A DNA stretch of 64,000 nucleotides from Phallusia mammillata (lineage: Eukaryota), in NCBI GenBank assembly GCA_965637545.1, contig OZ281495.1, forward strand, positions 21,824,001 to 21,888,000, written 5' to 3'. How positions within the stretch are numbered: position 1 is the first letter of the stretch; every line of letters starts with the position of its first letter. This document shows, piece by piece, positions 61,009 to 64,000 of the stretch. A program made the position numbers and the translations under genes. A model generated the notes under the pieces. It worked only from the letters and a program-made list of their open reading frames with translations, searched no databases and had not been told where the DNA came from.

Positions 61009-64000
61009 CCTAGGACGTTGACCCTCTTGATATCTCAAAGTGTATACCAACACGTATGAGTAACTCACGCTCTATCAACGTTAAAATGACATGTCGAAGA
61101 AAACGAATAGCTTTTAACTACGAGTTTCCAGCATAACAGTTCAAGACCGACACAGTTAGATCAGCCACTTGCGCCGCTAATGTATTTTCAAAACACCTGG
61201 AGACGCCTTTGCCCGGCCTGTTTGCGATGGGCACTGACAACGAGGAATTCGCGCTATATACGGAATTCGCAGACGACGCATACAACAAATCTTATATATT
61301 GCGTGTATACTGATGATGTGTATGTGTTACATTTGGTGTTTCAATTGGCATACTATTAGGGTCACTGTTATTAATAAACCACACAATCGTGAAGTAACGC
61401 ACTTACAGAATTTGGTGACTGCATATTGCTGGATCTCATTTTTTAGAAAAAAATGTTTATTGATCGTTGGATATAGAACGGGAAAAAAGGTAATTACTAA
61501 TCATTTGGGAAAAAGGATCTTTTGCACGCTAAGTTAGCTCACTGACCTTTCCGCACATTTCACACCAAAGCGATCGCCTGTCAAATCAAACAAGCAACAA
61601 AACGCTTGAGGAAGTGAGTGTTACAAGCGGGATAGCGGCAAAGAATGCGACAGTTTCCTCGACGATTTAACGATTGAAAATTACATGTCTCCAAAAACAC
61701 CTGCTCCTAGGCCCGGAATGCCTCCGCCTAATTTTGGTAACAAACAAGCACCCGTGTCCGTCTCCAAACCACCTTGTGTCACGCCCGAGTACCCCCACCC
61801 ATAACTATACGAACGCCCAAACCAAGGCTGATGCGGGCACGTGCGGCCAATTTCACTAACTCACAAATCGCCACCTTCGGGATTCGAAATCATAGCACTT
61901 GAACGGAAAATTTACTCAAGGCAAATTGCTATGTTCCGCTGATCCCTAAAAGCTGCGAAAACTTCAGTAGGGACGGCAACGCAGTGCCCCCTTGCGGACA
62001 CTCGAACGAAGGCAGATTAAGAATCGATTTTACATGCAGAAAAATCAAAACACAACCTCAACAAAAGCATATACGAAAAAACACAAATAAATAGGCTTGA
62101 TACGTGCATGGCAGTGGCAAGTCTTTACGCCGCATACTCGGAAAACATACGTGCGTTCTGGTAATTTCTACCTAGGAATTCGTAACTTTGAAAGGGACCT
62201 TTGTAAGCAGAGTACCAATTCCGTGTCCCACATCATAACTTTGTTTCACCTAGACACATGCAGTCCCCGAGTGTACAGCAATTTGCCGCTGACAACCAGT
62301 TTAATCCTCTGTTTGTTTTCACTTTAGTGAGCCGCAACAGCTAGAATTAGAAGCTACGAATTAAGTAAACACGCCATAAACCGACAAACGGCAATTAATC
62401 CTTTATTTGCGTGCAACACCTTCTGTATCATGTATACGTGCAACGTCCAAATTCGTGCGAGGCTGGTGTGCGGTTTGCAAACCAACACAAGTAAGTATGA
62501 CGGACTTCAAACGTGGCTTTGCTTCATCGAGCTTCCCGCGTCTGCTACGAGATTTACGCATTTGTGACGTCCAATAGGTGAATCACACAACTTTAATTAC
62601 TGCAGCTGCTCCAGGTTTTGCTCGTACCCATCTTTGAAAGGCGTTAAAGATGAAAGCGCCGATTCGTTGAGTTGGGCTGCGGCAGACCTGGGCGCGGTCG
62701 AGGCATTGTTGCTGCAAACCTCCAACCAATGTGTTGACTACAAACGCCAATGGGACTTCAAAGTTCAAAAACGCTGATCAAAAGCCATCGTGACGAACCT
62801 GTGCCAAGTTATTCGCAAATATTTAGCAGAAAAGGCAACGCGAGAGGTGTGAGTTATATCTTTGGGAAAGGTAAGGAAAAAGACCGCAGATGTCATGTTC
62901 CTGTGCGAGAACAGAGTTTCTCGTCGCACCACACAGTTTAGTAATCTGTTAATTTCATTGTTTGCGGTGGAGCATTTGCACTTGCGCCGTTAAGCGTTTC
63001 GCCCTAATCTAATAACCGTCCGCCGCAGGGTCGACAAGTTCATTGCGTGCCCTGTTTCCTGCGCAAGGTTTGGGGCATTCCTCCAAATGCAACCAATGAA
63101 GCGTTATTCGGACGTTTGATGTTCTTGCAAGTGAACGCAGCTGTTTGTGCATTCGTTGTGAGTCTGTTTGGTTACAAAATCATAGATTAGGTGATGCATT
63201 GCCCTGAACTTTGGTAATCCAAACCGTGTAAGCCAAAATAAACGCGGGTCAGACTTGCGAGGAAATAAACATCCATCATTGCTCACGAATGTGAATACCT
63301 TTGCAAAACTGCCGACTGTGAGGTGGCATTGATGTATAGCTAATGTGCCCCTACATACAGCATATTTGTATGTATACCACTCATCGTGTGCAGGGGAAAT
63401 GTGTACATTAGGAAATGCGGCTTAAATGGGTCTCAAATTTTTTGGTTAGCTCTTTCATGCTGCAGCATCCAAAGCTTTAGCGGTTTGGCTTACGCTTGAA
63501 CGCTTGACTCGCAGAGAAAATCAGACGAAGGTGCATCAAAGCAACATTGGATCAATGTAAGGGTTGCTCGCAATCAAGCGACGATGACACAAACACACTA
63601 AACGGCCGCGACAGACCCGTGACCGATTTGACATCAAATTACAACCAGGCACTTTCGCCGGGCACGGGCCTCAACTTCAGCTGATAAATTAAGAGATCCC
63701 TTCGGCATCGCTTGACATCACACAGCTGGGCGAAGAGCAAATGCCAGGGTAAAGCCAATGCGGAATTATGGTTGGGATGCGATAACGTCTGTGGAAATAG
63801 TGCAGAAGAACGTGTTTAGGTAAAGCTGTTTTCAAGTACAGCATGTAAACATCCAACGGAACAGGAGATTGGTTAAAAACAATCAGGTTCTTGTAAACAG
63901 ACGTGCTCAAATGTATTTGAAGCATTGTCTAACAGTGGTGCATGAAAAATCTCCATCCGTTCCAGTTTATTTTGGTAACGGGTCGGAAATGCCCGGATCG

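Noticed and set aside
21608-63925. Numerous 60-150 aa ORFs in the intergenic regions (e.g. 21608-22063, 29930-30334, 51962-52333)
   Set aside because: No domain resemblance, mostly non-ATG starts and no consistent splice sites; expected by chance in GC-richer non-coding DNA.

Overview
Eukaryotic (animal) genomic DNA. It is most likely an ascidian/tunicate; this is an inference from the compact genes with 58-110 nt introns, mosaic CpG depletion and the Gdf1/3-Bmp2/4 tandem. The first 17 kb is gene-dense: a small Sel1-repeat membrane protein (+, 4 exons), a D-2-hydroxyacid dehydrogenase of the GRHPR/2-ketogluconate-reductase type (-, 5 exons), an intronless triokinase/FMN cyclase TKFC (-), and, head-to-head with TKFC, an F-box/WD40 locus (+, 17 exons, possibly two ORFs). 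The remaining 47 kb holds only two TGF-beta ligand genes in tandem, Gdf1/3 (Vg1/univin-like) and Bmp2/4, set in a long non-coding landscape. Mobile DNA: eight hAT-type MITEs (most with 8-bp TSDs, one nested pair and one abutting pair), a 5'-truncated Ingi/Vingi-type LINE with a 12-bp TSD, and a Helentron-like non-autonomous element carrying two CTCF-like motifs. Best leads: (1) a probable TKFC-dehydrogenase dicistronic unit joined by a 3'-UTR intron; (2) a similar stop/strong donor/new ATG junction splitting the F-box and WD40 halves at a sharp CpG boundary; (3) a 15/16 match to the Ciona spliced-leader exon upstream of Gdf1/3. All exon models were assembled and frame-checked by hand. No database searches were run, and CpG counts are by eye.
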